64,000 nucleotides of DNA from NCBI GenBank assembly GCA_965232435.1, contig CBDDPU010000004.1:2556423-2620422 (forward strand), in the 5' to 3' direction. The notes below the pieces were generated by a model. That model was not told where the DNA came from. It made no database searches and worked only from the letters and a program-made list of their open reading frames with translations. How positions within the stretch are numbered: the first letter of the stretch is position 1; each line of letters opens with the position of its first letter. Below, piece after piece: positions 47,380 through 57,291 of the stretch. Origin of the DNA: Dehalococcoidia bacterium (GTDB lineage: Bacteria > Chloroflexota > Dehalococcoidia > Lucifugimonadales > VXLM01). The position numbers and the translations under genes are program-made.

Positions 47380-47820
47380 TCAAGATTCGGAGGTATCTCT
47401 CCAAAGATGAACGCCTGTAATGCCCAGCGTAATTGGGAGCAGCGTGTCCACAACTGCCCAAATCACCCATGCCTGATGGTTGCCGTCGAGACTGTCGGCT
47501 CCGAGAGCCAGCAGAGAGAACCAGTTATGGAGGAAGAGAATCGTGACGGCTACGGTGGAGTAGAACAGCACGTTGGCTTCGAGATATTGGCGTGTGACCG
47601 CATCGGAGGAGATGCGAGCGCACGTGGCGCGCTTGACCGCGAGGTTGTAGATGAGAACAGCCACAAGGCCTATGAACATCAGAGCATCAAGCGCGTACCA
47701 TATGGGGAGAACATCGAAATCGAAGAGTTCGGCAAGAACCGTGTTGATGACAAAATATACCGCTACAACAGCGGCGAGACCGATCAAATAGGCTCCGACC
47801 AGTTTCTTGAGCGCTGCCAT
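47380..47820 (-). CDS. Hypothetical 4-TM membrane protein
   Basis: 146 aa with four clear hydrophobic helices. No recognisable motif. Confidence 0.5.
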   Translation of the reverse strand: MAALKKLVGAYLIGLAAVVAVYFVINTVLAELFDFDVLPIWYALDALMFIGLVAVLIYNLAVKRATCARISSDAVTRQYLEANVLFYSTVAVTILFLHNWFSLLALGADSLDGNHQAWVIWAVVDTLLPITLGITGVHLWRDTSES

Positions 47821-48020
47821 GGAATCCTCCCTTTGCTCCTAATGTGATGTGTCGTCTTGCGGATCAACTATGAAGTATCAGAGGCGCAAGATTTTGTCAA
47901 TGGAGATCATCGAGTAACCCGAGAGAAGGCAAACGCAGCAAAGAAGGCAGGTTTTCGACAGTCGGCGGATACATCAGGTGCGGTCGAATTCCGGCAAGCA
48001 CAGAACCGATGAGAACGACG

Positions 48021-48770
48021 CTAGTAGACGGCTGCATCCACCGAGGAGTTAGTGGCGGCCAGCTGCCTTTCCAACTGTCGAGTACGGGCGGTGTACCGGT
48101 ACAACTCTTCTTTACGCTCGATCCGGGTGGATTCCAGTTCGCTGTGCGCTTTTCGAACGTTTCGGATTTCTTGGTAAATTGCCCAAGCGGCCAGGACTGG
48201 GCCGATTATGATGCCAATGATATTGAACGCACCGAGAGCGAAGCGCAGACCTGTGGAGGCCGCTATCGACCCGCCAGCCCCTCCTCCCAATCCGGCGAGA
48301 CGTGGAGCGAAGGTCAAGATTCTCGCAATCCAAGGACGGAGAACGCTTAACAGAGGACGAATAAGGTTCAATATCGGCCTCGACCATACTCTCCAAATAA
48401 CTCCGGCGAGAAAATTTCCCCCGTGACGGCCGATAATCATGAACCGCGAGTGAGGGGAACCGTCGGCCACGGTTCGCTTTCGACGTTTGAGGAGCCGTCT
48501 CATCCACGATTCCGGAGGCTCCTCGACTTCTGTCTGCTCGATCTCCCGGAGCGCCGACGGCAGACCCGGCTCCGGCAAGTCCAACTGACGGCATAGTTCG
48601 ATTTGCCGTTCGTACTCCCCCCGCATTCCGTCTCGATGCTTCGATTCCAGTTCTTCCAGTTCTGCCCGCAGAGCGTTGAGCCGCGCATGGCTCTTCAGCT
48701 TGGCGACCGCCTGAGCCACCGCCGACCCTGCGGCGACTGCAAGGGGGATTACTAATAGGGGTAAAGGCAT
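48021..48770 (-). CDS. Hypothetical membrane / coiled-coil protein
   Basis: ATG at 48770 (MPLPLLVIPLAVAAGSAVAQAV...). N-terminal TM helix, coiled-coil segments at both ends and a Gly-rich hydrophobic central region. An Arg/Ser/Gly-rich ORF in another frame was rejected. Confidence 0.45.
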   Translation of the reverse strand: MPLPLLVIPLAVAAGSAVAQAVAKLKSHARLNALRAELEELESKHRDGMRGEYERQIELCRQLDLPEPGLPSALREIEQTEVEEPPESWMRRLLKRRKRTVADGSPHSRFMIIGRHGGNFLAGVIWRVWSRPILNLIRPLLSVLRPWIARILTFAPRLAGLGGGAGGSIAASTGLRFALGAFNIIGIIIGPVLAAWAIYQEIRNVRKAHSELESTRIERKEELYRYTARTRQLERQLAATNSSVDAAVY

Positions 48771-48892
48771 GTGTTCCGGGTTTCGATTCCGTATTGACAG
48801 ACTGCAAAAGCGATCTTCGGGTCTCAACGGTAGGAAAAGTTAAAACCATTCTAGCAAGTATGCAGAACAACACAAAAGCCCAGCAGGGTTCT

Positions 48893-50314
48893 TTACCCGA
48901 GCGAGACGCCGCTCCCGAGCCCAGGTTCGGTCATTGACTCGGCATCCAGGATATCGTCGAGTTCTTCCGAAGAGAATCCGGTCCGGCGAAGAGCAACCTG
49001 TTTGATCGACTCCCCGGTCTCGCCCGCTTCCTTGGCGATGGCAGCTGAGGCATCATAGCCAATGTGCGGCACCAGCGTTGTCACAATCGCAAGGCCGTTT
49101 TGCACCATGTCCGGCCCTTTACTCGTCGCTGACAAACCGGAAATGCACTGATCGGCAAAGTTGCGGCAGGACGTTGTCAGAAGCTCAATGGATTCCAGCA
49201 GGTTGTGCGCCGCAACCGGCATCATCACGTTGATCTCAAAATTCCCTGACTGGCCCGCGACCATGATCGCGGTATCGTTGCCGATTACCTGGGCCGCCAC
49301 TTGGCAAACGGATTCAGGGATGACCGGATTGACCTTACCCGGCATGATGGAACTGCCGGGCTGGACCGCCGGCAGGTCGATCTCGCCGATGCCGGCACGT
49401 GGCCCGGAGCCTAGCCATCGAATGTCGTTGGCGATCTTCATCAGACTAACGGCAACTGTTTTGAGAGCGCCGCTTGTTTCGACGATCGCGTCGAGAGAAC
49501 TTTGAGCCTGAAAGTGGTTCGTAGTCTCCCGCACCGGTACGCCAATCAGCTTCGAGAGAATTTCGCATACTCTGCCCGCAAACTCAGGATGTACGTTCAC
49601 ACCGGTACCGACGGCCGTCCCGCCGATAGCAAGCTCAGAAAGGTGCGTGACGGCGCTTTGGAGCCGCTCGATCCCACGCTCGACCTGCCCGGCGTAACCT
49701 ATGAACTCCTGGCCCAGCCGGACCGGCGTCGCGTCCTGAAGATGAGTCCGACCTGTCTTGACAACGGGCATGAACTCTTCACCCTTGTCCTTCAACGTCG
49801 TTTCAAGATAGGCCATGGCGGGAAGAAGTCCATCATGAATTGCGCTGAGAGCGGCCACGTGAATCGAAGTGGGAATCACGTCGTTCGAGGATTGACCGAT
49901 ATTTACGTGATCGTTGGGATGGACGGGATCACGTGTACCACGCTCACCCCCAAGTATCTCGATAGCCCGGTTGGAAATTACCTCATTTGCGTTCATGTTG
50001 GTCGAAGTGCCTGAACCCGTCTGGAAGATATCAACGACGAACTGATCATCAAGCCCACCGTCGGCGACCTCGGCCGCCGCTTGACCAATAGTGTACGCAC
50101 GGTTTTTGTCGAGCAGTCCCAATTCGGAGTTCGCTTGCGCGGCAGCCAACTTGACTTGACCTATAGCTCTGATAAAGGAGCGTGGAAAACGAAGATCGCT
50201 GATCGGAAAGTTCTCCACCGCCCTCATCGTCTGCGCCCCATAGTAGGCATCTGCCGGCACGTTGAATTCACCCATGGAGTCGCGCTCGACTCTGAATGCT
50301 CTATCCTCGGACAT
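48893..50314 (-). CDS. Aspartate ammonia-lyase / class II fumarase-family lyase (aspartase-like signature)
   Basis: Family signature GSSIMPGKVNPVIPE. N-terminus RVERDSMGEFNVPADAYYGAQTMRAVENFPIS. The PV-x-PE variant and DAYYG favour aspartase over FumC. Confidence 0.8.
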   Translation of the reverse strand: MSEDRAFRVERDSMGEFNVPADAYYGAQTMRAVENFPISDLRFPRSFIRAIGQVKLAAAQANSELGLLDKNRAYTIGQAAAEVADGGLDDQFVVDIFQTGSGTSTNMNANEVISNRAIEILGGERGTRDPVHPNDHVNIGQSSNDVIPTSIHVAALSAIHDGLLPAMAYLETTLKDKGEEFMPVVKTGRTHLQDATPVRLGQEFIGYAGQVERGIERLQSAVTHLSELAIGGTAVGTGVNVHPEFAGRVCEILSKLIGVPVRETTNHFQAQSSLDAIVETSGALKTVAVSLMKIANDIRWLGSGPRAGIGEIDLPAVQPGSSIMPGKVNPVIPESVCQVAAQVIGNDTAIMVAGQSGNFEINVMMPVAAHNLLESIELLTTSCRNFADQCISGLSATSKGPDMVQNGLAIVTTLVPHIGYDASAAIAKEAGETGESIKQVALRRTGFSSEELDDILDAESMTEPGLGSGVSLG

Positions 50315-50359
50315 CGTTCCTCCCTTGAATGATTACCGCCTCAAACGCCCAGAGTACCT

Positions 50360-51010
50360 TCAGCGTGTCAGTGCGGCGGCCATAAATTCGATAACCCGTT
50401 CGGCGACCTGCTGCTCTTGGCCGTTCAGTTGATGGTCGGCATCCGGTATCTCAGTGAACTGAACGGGCCCGCGAAGGTCATCCAACTGTCGTTGAAGTTG
50501 AATGGACGGCACGACGGCATCATTGCGACCTGCCACGAATAACTTTGTCCTCTTATCCTTCTTGACTGCTGAAGCGTTGATGGAACCGAGAGGGGGCGCA
50601 ATGAATGCAAAGGCCTTTGCCTGCTTGAACTTCGGAAGTGCGCGCAGCACTACCGACGCGCCGAAGGAGTATCCGACAATGCCGATCTTAGATCCGTCCA
50701 CGCCGGGGAACCCTCTGAGAAAGCTCAAAGCGTGCTTTACGTCATTCCACTCATCATCGCCATTTGAGAATTCGCCCTCGCTTCTGGCGACTCCCCGAAA
50801 ATCAAACCGGAGGCTCGCGATTCCCCTCTCCACAGCCTCGACCTCGACGGCGGACACGACCGGGTTGTTCATATCCCCGCCTAGCATGGGATGTGGATGG
50901 CAGATCAAGACCGCGGGAACCCGAGCTGAACCTTCACCCGGGGAAGCGATGACACCGTCCAGGAGAATCTTCCCCGTGCTGTAGATACCTATGGCCGAAT
51001 GTCGCATCAT
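50360..51010 (-). CDS. Alpha/beta-fold hydrolase
   Basis: Nucleophile elbow GYSFGA, HPHPMLGG oxyanion-region motif, and a C-terminal Asp/His (IPDADHQL). Confidence 0.7.
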   Translation of the reverse strand: MMRHSAIGIYSTGKILLDGVIASPGEGSARVPAVLICHPHPMLGGDMNNPVVSAVEVEAVERGIASLRFDFRGVARSEGEFSNGDDEWNDVKHALSFLRGFPGVDGSKIGIVGYSFGASVVLRALPKFKQAKAFAFIAPPLGSINASAVKKDKRTKLFVAGRNDAVVPSIQLQRQLDDLRGPVQFTEIPDADHQLNGQEQQVAERVIEFMAAALTR

Positions 51011-51186
51011 CGCCGAATTCCATAGTAGGTTAAGCCGTGATGTTTGACAAGCGCCGGCAGGATTCGAGGGAACCCTTCCCTTGCTGAACTGCTAATTCAA
51101 GGCTAACTTTCGTTCAACTCCCACTTCGGCTAGAATCTTGACTGCGCGTTCCGCGCACAGCAAATGCCACCCAGGAGAGTACTGTC

Positions 51187-52233
51187 GTGTCTGAAAGAAT
51201 AGTCGAACTACGAAGCGATACCAAAACCCTGCCGACTCCGGCCATGCGGGAGTCAATGGCAACCTCAAAATACGGAGATGACATGGTGGGGGAGGATCCC
51301 ACGGTCAATAAATTGGAAACGATGGCCGCGGAGATGCTGGGCAAGGAAGCCGGGCTGCTGTTGAGCAGCGGGACAATGGGGAATCTCGTGCCGATTTTGG
51401 CTCTCTGCCAACGGGGCGACGATTTAATCATCGGAGATAAGTCGCATATCTATCGGGCGGAGGCGGGCGGTGCGGCTGCCCTCGGCGGCGTGGCTTACCA
51501 TCCAATACCAAATCAACCGGACGGCACCCTCGATCCCCAAGAGGTCGAGGCGAATATCCAACCCGCCGATCAACACTACTCCCCAACGAGACTCATCGCG
51601 CTGGAGAATACGCACAACGCATGTAACGGAAGGGCATTGACTCCCGACGAGATCGCGTCGGTAGCAAAAGTCGCCCACGAGTATGATATCCCTCTGCACA
51701 TCGACGGAGCGCGCCTCTTCAACGCGGCGGTCGCCCTCGAAACTCCGGCGGCAGAACTCGTGAAGGACGCCGACACTGTGACCTTCTGCCTGTCGAAAGG
51801 ACTGGGCTGTCCGGCCGGATCCCTCTTGGTCGGTGATCGGGATACTATTGAAAAAACCCGGAAAATCCGCAAAATCCTCGGGGGAGCCATGCGGCAGGCG
51901 GGCATCATCGCAGCCCCGGGCATCGTCGCGCTCGAAACGATGATCGATCGTCTCGCCGACGACCACGCCAACGCGAAGAAGCTGGCGCGCGGTCTGGCCT
52001 CACTCCCCGGGTTTGAAATCGATCCAGATGACGTACACACAAACCTCGTCTTCGTTACCACCACCGACGATCTCCCAAAGGGATTTGCCGGAAAACTCGC
52101 CCAGCAGGGGATTATGGTCGGCGACCGCGGCAATAACGTATGGCGACTCGTGACCCACAACGACGTCTCGTCGGACGATATCGACCATGCGCTTAATGTG
52201 ATCGAGACGACCGTCCGCGACTCGACGGCTTAA
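51187..52233 (+). CDS. ltaE: Low-specificity L-threonine aldolase
   Basis: LRSDTKTLPTPAMRESM...YGDDMVGEDPTVNKLE...SGTMGNL...FCLSKGLGCP (PLP-Lys). GTG start 8 nt after AGGAGAG. Confidence 0.85.
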   Translation: MSERIVELRSDTKTLPTPAMRESMATSKYGDDMVGEDPTVNKLETMAAEMLGKEAGLLLSSGTMGNLVPILALCQRGDDLIIGDKSHIYRAEAGGAAALGGVAYHPIPNQPDGTLDPQEVEANIQPADQHYSPTRLIALENTHNACNGRALTPDEIASVAKVAHEYDIPLHIDGARLFNAAVALETPAAELVKDADTVTFCLSKGLGCPAGSLLVGDRDTIEKTRKIRKILGGAMRQAGIIAAPGIVALETMIDRLADDHANAKKLARGLASLPGFEIDPDDVHTNLVFVTTTDDLPKGFAGKLAQQGIMVGDRGNNVWRLVTHNDVSSDDIDHALNVIETTVRDSTA

Positions 52234-52328
52234 CCGCGCACGGAAAGGCCTGCAAGGCCGCTTGAAGTGAGCGGTCTGCCGTCCTAACCCCGGATGCATG
52301 AACGAACGGATTCCTTCCGAACACCCCT

Positions 52329-53684
52329 CTACACGCCGGACGATTCTCCTGGCGACTCGACGGACCGGTCGCCCCACCACCTGCGCAATCGCTCGCGGAC
52401 TTCGATCTCGTAACCCTGATCGCCGGGGCGATAGTAGCGGTGTCCCCGAACGCTCTCAGGGAGGTTTTGAGTAGGTGTGAAGCTGCCCTCGTAATCATGC
52501 GCGTACTTGTAACCCTCTCCGTAGCCAAGACCGCTCATTAAGCCAGTGACGGCGTTCCGGAGGTGCAGGGGTATCGGATCGTTCCGAGACGTTTCAACAT
52601 CCTGCAATGCGCGATTCAAGCCCACATATGAGGCATTGCTCTTTGGAGCCGCAGCAAGGTATACGGTTGCTTCAGCCAGGGGAATCTGTCCCTCCGGCAT
52701 CCCGATGAAATGGACGGCCTGCTGGGTGGCAACGGCCACGGAGAGGGCTTGCGGATCAGCCATCCCGACGTCCTCAGCCGCAAGTATGACGAGGCGCCGC
52801 GCAATGAACAGGGGATCCTCGCCCGCGTCGATCATACGCGCCAAATAGTACAGAGATGCGTCCGGGTCCGAAGCTCGAAGGGACTTGATAAAGGCGGAAA
52901 TAGTGTCATAGTGCCGATCACCCGATTTATCGTAACCCTGTGAGCGGCGCTGCGCGGCTTCCTCGACGGTTCGAGGCGATACTTTCCGAATCCCTCCCTC
53001 GTCTGGCAGTGTCGACTGCACCGCCAGTTCCAGAGTGTTGAGAACGACTCTTGCGTCCCCGTTGGAGAAGTGAACGAGGGTCTGCATGGCTTCCTCATCC
53101 AGTTCAGGCCGAAGCTCGGCCAAACCCCTCTCGGCGTCGCTGATAGCCTTAAAGATGATTTGCTCGATTTGTTCCACGGTCAACGCCTTCAGCACAAATA
53201 CACGAGAACGAGACAGCAGCGGAGGGTTTACTTCAAACGACGGATTCTCGGTCGTGGCCCCAATGAGGATGACCGTACCGTCTTCGACGTGCGGGAGAAT
53301 CACGTCTTGCTGCGCCTTGTTGAAACGGTGTATTTCGTCGATGAACAGGATTGTCCGCCGCCGCTCCATGCCGAGCCGAGCCTTGGCTTCCCTGGCAACT
53401 GAACGAAGGTCCGCAACCCCCGACCCGACGGCGCTTACCGAACTAAAGTAGCTCTTGGTGACGTTGGCAATCAGATTGGCAAGGGTCGTCTTGCCCGTGC
53501 CAGGCGGCCCCCAAAGGATAATCGAAGGAATGCGATCAGCCTCAATACTGCGTCGCAGAACGGCGCCGGGGCCGACTATGTGCTCCTGCCCCACAAACTC
53601 TTCAAACGTCCGAGGCCGCATCCTAGCCGCCAGAGGCGCGTGTCGGTCGAGGTGCTCTTTAGCGCTGTTCTCGAAGAGAGTCAT
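52329..53684 (-). CDS. rarA: Replication-associated recombination protein A (AAA+ ATPase)
   Basis: LRPRTFEEFVGQEHIVG...ILWGPPGTGKTTLA (Walker A), FIDEIHRFNK (Walker B) and a MgsA C-terminal region (YDTISAFIKSLRASDPDA). Confidence 0.9.
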   Translation of the reverse strand: MTLFENSAKEHLDRHAPLAARMRPRTFEEFVGQEHIVGPGAVLRRSIEADRIPSIILWGPPGTGKTTLANLIANVTKSYFSSVSAVGSGVADLRSVAREAKARLGMERRRTILFIDEIHRFNKAQQDVILPHVEDGTVILIGATTENPSFEVNPPLLSRSRVFVLKALTVEQIEQIIFKAISDAERGLAELRPELDEEAMQTLVHFSNGDARVVLNTLELAVQSTLPDEGGIRKVSPRTVEEAAQRRSQGYDKSGDRHYDTISAFIKSLRASDPDASLYYLARMIDAGEDPLFIARRLVILAAEDVGMADPQALSVAVATQQAVHFIGMPEGQIPLAEATVYLAAAPKSNASYVGLNRALQDVETSRNDPIPLHLRNAVTGLMSGLGYGEGYKYAHDYEGSFTPTQNLPESVRGHRYYRPGDQGYEIEVRERLRRWWGDRSVESPGESSGV

Positions 53685-53804
53685 GCTACAGCGGTGTCCA
53701 TGAGAGACCTGCCGCCTACCGCTCGCGGCATGATGCGCGCCCGTGCCAACTTAAAAATAGAACCGGCCCTTCACTCAGCCAGGTGAACGGTGACGGCTCC
53801 AAGC

Positions 53805-54272
53805 TCACAGCGTGTCAAACCCAGTCCAGCCGGGCAGCGCGGCCGCCTGTCGTACCCAATCCGCCATTTGCCCCTCGTCGAGTTCTCCTTCGTAAATATC
53901 CACCCAGCGCGAGTCCGGATCCTTGCCCGATCCGGATGGAACGGGACTCAGCGATGCGCCATTGAGGAAAGTCACTTTCACGTAACGAGTGAAAACATGA
54001 TAACTCAGAAACCAGCCTTGCCCCTCAATGCCATACCAGGGCGAATTCCACCTCACCGCCTTGCGCACATTCGGCACGTTGCGCACGACCAGATCGTCAA
54101 GACGTCGGCCCAGTTCGGTCTTCCAACCGGGCATGGCCGCAATGTACGCCTGCACGGGAGCGTCACCGTCGGCTTTCGCGATCTGAGGGTTACCACCCGA
54201 AAGAAGAACTACCTCGCCATCACCCGCCTTGGCCACGGTCTTCGAAGGCTTCTTGGAAATCTTCTCTGCCAT
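53805..54272 (-). CDS. DUF1801 (YdhG-like) domain protein
   Basis: VQAYIAAMPGWKTELGRRLDDLV...AVRWNSPWYG...VKVTFLNG fits the DUF1801 pattern. ATG at 54272 after GGAGTG. Confidence 0.55.
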   Translation of the reverse strand: MAEKISKKPSKTVAKAGDGEVVLLSGGNPQIAKADGDAPVQAYIAAMPGWKTELGRRLDDLVVRNVPNVRKAVRWNSPWYGIEGQGWFLSYHVFTRYVKVTFLNGASLSPVPSGSGKDPDSRWVDIYEGELDEGQMADWVRQAAALPGWTGFDTL

Positions 54273-54336
54273 TGCGTTCACTCCAACTCACGATCCACCG
54301 GGCAGAATTGGTCGGGGAAAATCCCAAAGCAGGGCA

Positions 54337-54413
54337 TGGTGGGCGGTACTGGATTCGAACCAATGACCTCAGCGATGTCAACGCTGCGCTCTAACCAACT
54401 GAGCTAACCGCCC
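54337..54413 (-). tRNA. tRNA-Val (anticodon GAC), CCA encoded
   Basis: The reverse complement folds as a cloverleaf: acceptor GGGCGGT/ACCGCCC, D arm GCTC/GAGC, anticodon stem CAGCG/CGCTG with loop TTGACAT, T arm ATTGG-TTCGAAT-CCAGT, 3' ACCA. 77 nt. Confidence 0.9.
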
Positions 54414-54426
54414 CCTATACAGCCAA

Positions 54427-54456
54427 AGTGTAGCAACAGAGCTGTAAGACGGTCAA
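54427..54456 (-). promoter_or_regulatory. Sigma70-like promoter candidate for tRNA-Val
   Basis: Minus strand reads TTGACC (54456-54451), 18-nt spacer, TACACT (54432-54427). The tRNA 5' end lies about 13 nt downstream. Confidence 0.35.
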
Positions 54457-54573
54457 GACAGACGAATCCCGTCGTCGTGTCCGATTGCAGTCTGCCGCAA
54501 GACTGCTCACGCCGGTTCCGAGAAACCAACCAAGAACACTCGAAACTTGAGCGCCCTGCGGATCGACTGTTGC

Positions 54574-54603
54574 TTGACCTGTCCGCCCGCGCATTCATAT
54601 GGT
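54574..54603 (+). promoter_or_regulatory. Sigma70-like promoter candidate for the VOC-family gene
   Basis: TTGACC (54574-54579), 18-nt spacer, TATGGT (54598-54603). RBS GGAGGA at 54632-54637. Confidence 0.3.
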
Positions 54604-54643
54604 AGATTTATCAACCTAACTACGCTGCTATGGAGGAACTGAT

Positions 54644-55066
54644 ATGCCCATACTGACTTACCTCAACTTCGACGGAAACTGCTACGAAGCGCTTGAGTTT
54701 TACCGCTCCGTCTTCAACGGTGAGTATGTAGTAATGCAAAAGTTTAGCGACGCCCCGGACGATTTCCCCATCGCCGAATCCCACAAGGATAAGATCCTGC
54801 ATGCGACGCTCACAATAGGCGACGGCCAGATTATGGCAAGCGACACGCATCCCGGATTCGGTCCTCCCCTAACCGTCGGTAACAACATCTCGCTGACTTA
54901 TCCCACCCAGAGCAAGGAAGAGACCGACGATCTGTTCGCCAAAATATCCGAGGGCGGCGCCGTGACAATGCCGGTCGCGGAGATGTTCTGGGGCGCCTAC
55001 TTCGGCTCTTGCACGGACAAATTCGGAATTAACTGGCAATTCAACTACGATCTGCCTCAAGAGTAA
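54644..55066 (+). CDS. VOC/glyoxalase-superfamily protein (PhnB-like)
   Basis: PILTYLNFDGNCYEALEFYRSVFNGE...ILHATLTIGDGQIMASD...FWGAYFGSCTDKFGINW matches the PhnB-like pattern. Confidence 0.7.
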   Translation: MPILTYLNFDGNCYEALEFYRSVFNGEYVVMQKFSDAPDDFPIAESHKDKILHATLTIGDGQIMASDTHPGFGPPLTVGNNISLTYPTQSKEETDDLFAKISEGGAVTMPVAEMFWGAYFGSCTDKFGINWQFNYDLPQE

Positions 55067-55105
55067 TCGCCGGACACGGAAGACTCAGATAGTATCCTTA
55101 CGTCG

Positions 55106-55522
55106 ATGCGTATTCCAGGGCTGCTAACAGGCGCTTTGCTGATTGTCGCGCTTGCGGCGTGTGGAGGCGGAGCTTCTTCCGACGACCCCCTGATTAAACT
55201 GGGTAAAACCGTTTACGAGAGGGACTGCCTGATATGTCACGGTGAGGCCAGGACGGGAAAAGGTGGCCTGCCGAACGCGCCGATCCATGGGCCGGAGGGG
55301 CATACCTGGCACCATCCCGACGGGCAGTTGCGAGACCTCATCCTCGGTTCGCTGGACTATCCTGGAAAGACTATGCCCTCTTTCGTAGGCAAGTTGACAG
55401 ACGCTGAAGTCGACGCCGTGCTGGAATACATAAAGTCTCATTGGGATACCCCACAGATCGAATGGCAGAAAGAAGTGAGTCGGCAGGAGCTCGAACTCAA
55501 CAGCGGCAAAGGAAGCCCGTGA
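55106..55522 (+). CDS. Lipoprotein c-type cytochrome (paralog 1)
   Basis: Lipobox LIVALAAC, haem motif CLICHG (CxxCH), and conserved GHTWHHPDGQL. Confidence 0.75.
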   Translation: MRIPGLLTGALLIVALAACGGGASSDDPLIKLGKTVYERDCLICHGEARTGKGGLPNAPIHGPEGHTWHHPDGQLRDLILGSLDYPGKTMPSFVGKLTDAEVDAVLEYIKSHWDTPQIEWQKEVSRQELELNSGKGSP

Positions 55523-55539
55523 CCCTTCACGACCTGCTA

Positions 55540-56070
55540 ATGAGTAACTTCAGGGTCTCCCTCACAGCGGGAATTGCCTTTGGCGCAGTCGCGATGCTGG
55601 CTCCGTTAGCGTGTTCATCGGCGCCGGACGACGCCGACCCTGCCGCGTCGGAGCCGCCCACTGTGACGACCGCAGCCCCACCCGCCGCTCGCTCCGGTCA
55701 GGACATATTCGCCTCGATTTGCTCGGCGTGCCACGGGTTGAAAGGACAGGGACAACCGAACTGGCATATCCCCAACGCCGATGGAACCCTGCCCGCGCCT
55801 CCACTAAACGGAGATGGTCATACGTGGCATCATGCGGACGGACTGCTGTATCGAATTGTCCGTGATGGGGGTAAGATACAGGAAGACCCGGTACTGCTGC
55901 CCAATTTCAAGAGCGCCATGCCGGCCTTCGGCCCCCAACTGAGTCACGAAGAGATCGTCGCAGCAATAGACTATGTAAAGTCCCTGTGGAGGAATAAAAC
56001 CAGCCGAGGCCTCAACATCGTGGAGGCCCAAGCCATTAGGAGCATGGGGGATCCGTTCCCCGACGGTTGA
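55540..56070 (+). CDS. Lipoprotein c-type cytochrome (paralog 2)
   Basis: ATG at 55540 gives MSNFRVSLTAGIAFGAVAMLAPLACSS. Haem motif CSACHG and conserved GHTWHHADGLL. Confidence 0.75.
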   Translation: MSNFRVSLTAGIAFGAVAMLAPLACSSAPDDADPAASEPPTVTTAAPPAARSGQDIFASICSACHGLKGQGQPNWHIPNADGTLPAPPLNGDGHTWHHADGLLYRIVRDGGKIQEDPVLLPNFKSAMPAFGPQLSHEEIVAAIDYVKSLWRNKTSRGLNIVEAQAIRSMGDPFPDG

Positions 56071-56137
56071 GAACCGATGCCCATCCCCTCTCTCATTCCG
56101 ATACCCTATGACGAGACGGAAAATCCGGAGAACCAGC

Positions 56138-57277
56138 ATGAAGATCACGAAAGTCGAACCGCTGTCAGTCGACCGTTTCCTGTTCGTGAAAGTTCACACT
56201 GACGCGGGAATAACCGGCATCGGCGAATCCGGGGCGTGGGGCTTCCTCGAAGCGTCTGAGGCCGCCATCGAAAAGTTCGGACGATATCTCGTTGGGGAAG
56301 ACCCATTGAGAATCGAGCACCATTGGCAATACATGTACCGGTTCGCGCACTTCCGCGGCGCCGCTATCATGGGGGCTCTCAGCGCGATCGACATTGCGCT
56401 TTGGGACATCGCGGGGAAACATTTCAACGTTCCGGCATACCAACTCATGGGTGGCGCCGTCCGCGACAAGGCCCGCGTGTACTATCACGTGCTCGGCGAC
56501 ACCCGCCAAAAGCTCGTGGAGGGCGTCGCGTCCGCGCGAGAAGAGGGATTCACGGCAGTGGGCCACCTGACCCCGTTTCTCGACGAGGACAGATCCCTGC
56601 CCTACTTCAAGACGCACGTCGACAAGATGGAGGATGCCATTGACGCCGTGCGACAGTACCGAGAGGCGGCGGGCAACGATGTGGATATCTGCATCGAAAT
56701 ACACCGTCAACTCACTCCTGCGGAAGCCATTGTGCTGGCCAAGGGCATAGAAGAGTATCACCCGATGTTCTACGAGGACCCCACCCTGCCCGACAACCTC
56801 GACGCGATGGCGCTGATCGCGAGCAAGATATCGGTCCCCATCGCGACCGGAGAACGCATTCACACTATCCATGAATTTCAAATGCTGCTTCAGCGCAACG
56901 CCGTTCAGTACGTCCGGCCGGATGTGTGCATGGCCGGAGGACTCACGCACTCCAAGAAGATCGCGGCCCTCGCGGAGGCCCAATACGTGGGAGTTATTCC
57001 CCACAATCCACTGGGCCCCGTGAGCACTGCGGCATGTCTTCAGCTTGCGGCCTGCATTCCAAACTTCGCTATCCAGGAGTATCCCCTCGGCGAACATGAG
57101 CCACCGAAGAGCGAGATTGTCAAAACGCCGCTACAGGTTGAAGATGGATTCCTGCTCATACCCGACGGACCGGGCATCGGCATCGAGTTGGCGGACGACG
57201 CTTTGGAAAACTTCCCGGAAAGGCCGCGAGAGGTGGAAACTCGGCTCCACCTGGACGGATCGGTCGTTGATCAATAA
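56138..57277 (+). CDS. Enolase-superfamily (mandelate racemase/muconate lactonizing) sugar-acid dehydratase
   Basis: MKITKVEPL...VKVHTDAGITGIGES N-terminal capping domain. Metal-ligand regions (ICIEIHRQL, YEDP, GERIH) and HNPLGP. ATG at 56138 after GGAG. Confidence 0.85.
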   Translation: MKITKVEPLSVDRFLFVKVHTDAGITGIGESGAWGFLEASEAAIEKFGRYLVGEDPLRIEHHWQYMYRFAHFRGAAIMGALSAIDIALWDIAGKHFNVPAYQLMGGAVRDKARVYYHVLGDTRQKLVEGVASAREEGFTAVGHLTPFLDEDRSLPYFKTHVDKMEDAIDAVRQYREAAGNDVDICIEIHRQLTPAEAIVLAKGIEEYHPMFYEDPTLPDNLDAMALIASKISVPIATGERIHTIHEFQMLLQRNAVQYVRPDVCMAGGLTHSKKIAALAEAQYVGVIPHNPLGPVSTAACLQLAACIPNFAIQEYPLGEHEPPKSEIVKTPLQVEDGFLLIPDGPGIGIELADDALENFPERPREVETRLHLDGSVVDQ

Positions 57278-57291
57278 GAATCGGAGGAACT

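Noticed and set aside
47255-47453. N-terminal 66 codons of the 399-aa ORF 46254-47453
   Set aside because: The composition is junk-like (MWTRCSQLRWALQAF...RRRRG). It overlaps the 3' end of the membrane-protein gene 47380-47820. A far better N-terminus exists in the adjacent frame from the ATG at 47254.
48112-48873. 253-aa ORF overlapping 48021-48827 in another frame
   Set aside because: It is Arg/Ser/Gly/Pro-rich with no hydrophobic core. The competing frame encodes coherent TM and coiled-coil segments.
54337-54643. tRNA-Val as an integration hotspot (genomic island boundary)
   Set aside because: No integrase, no direct repeat of the tRNA 3' end, and no compositional break are visible on either side. 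Neighbouring genes are ordinary chromosomal genes.
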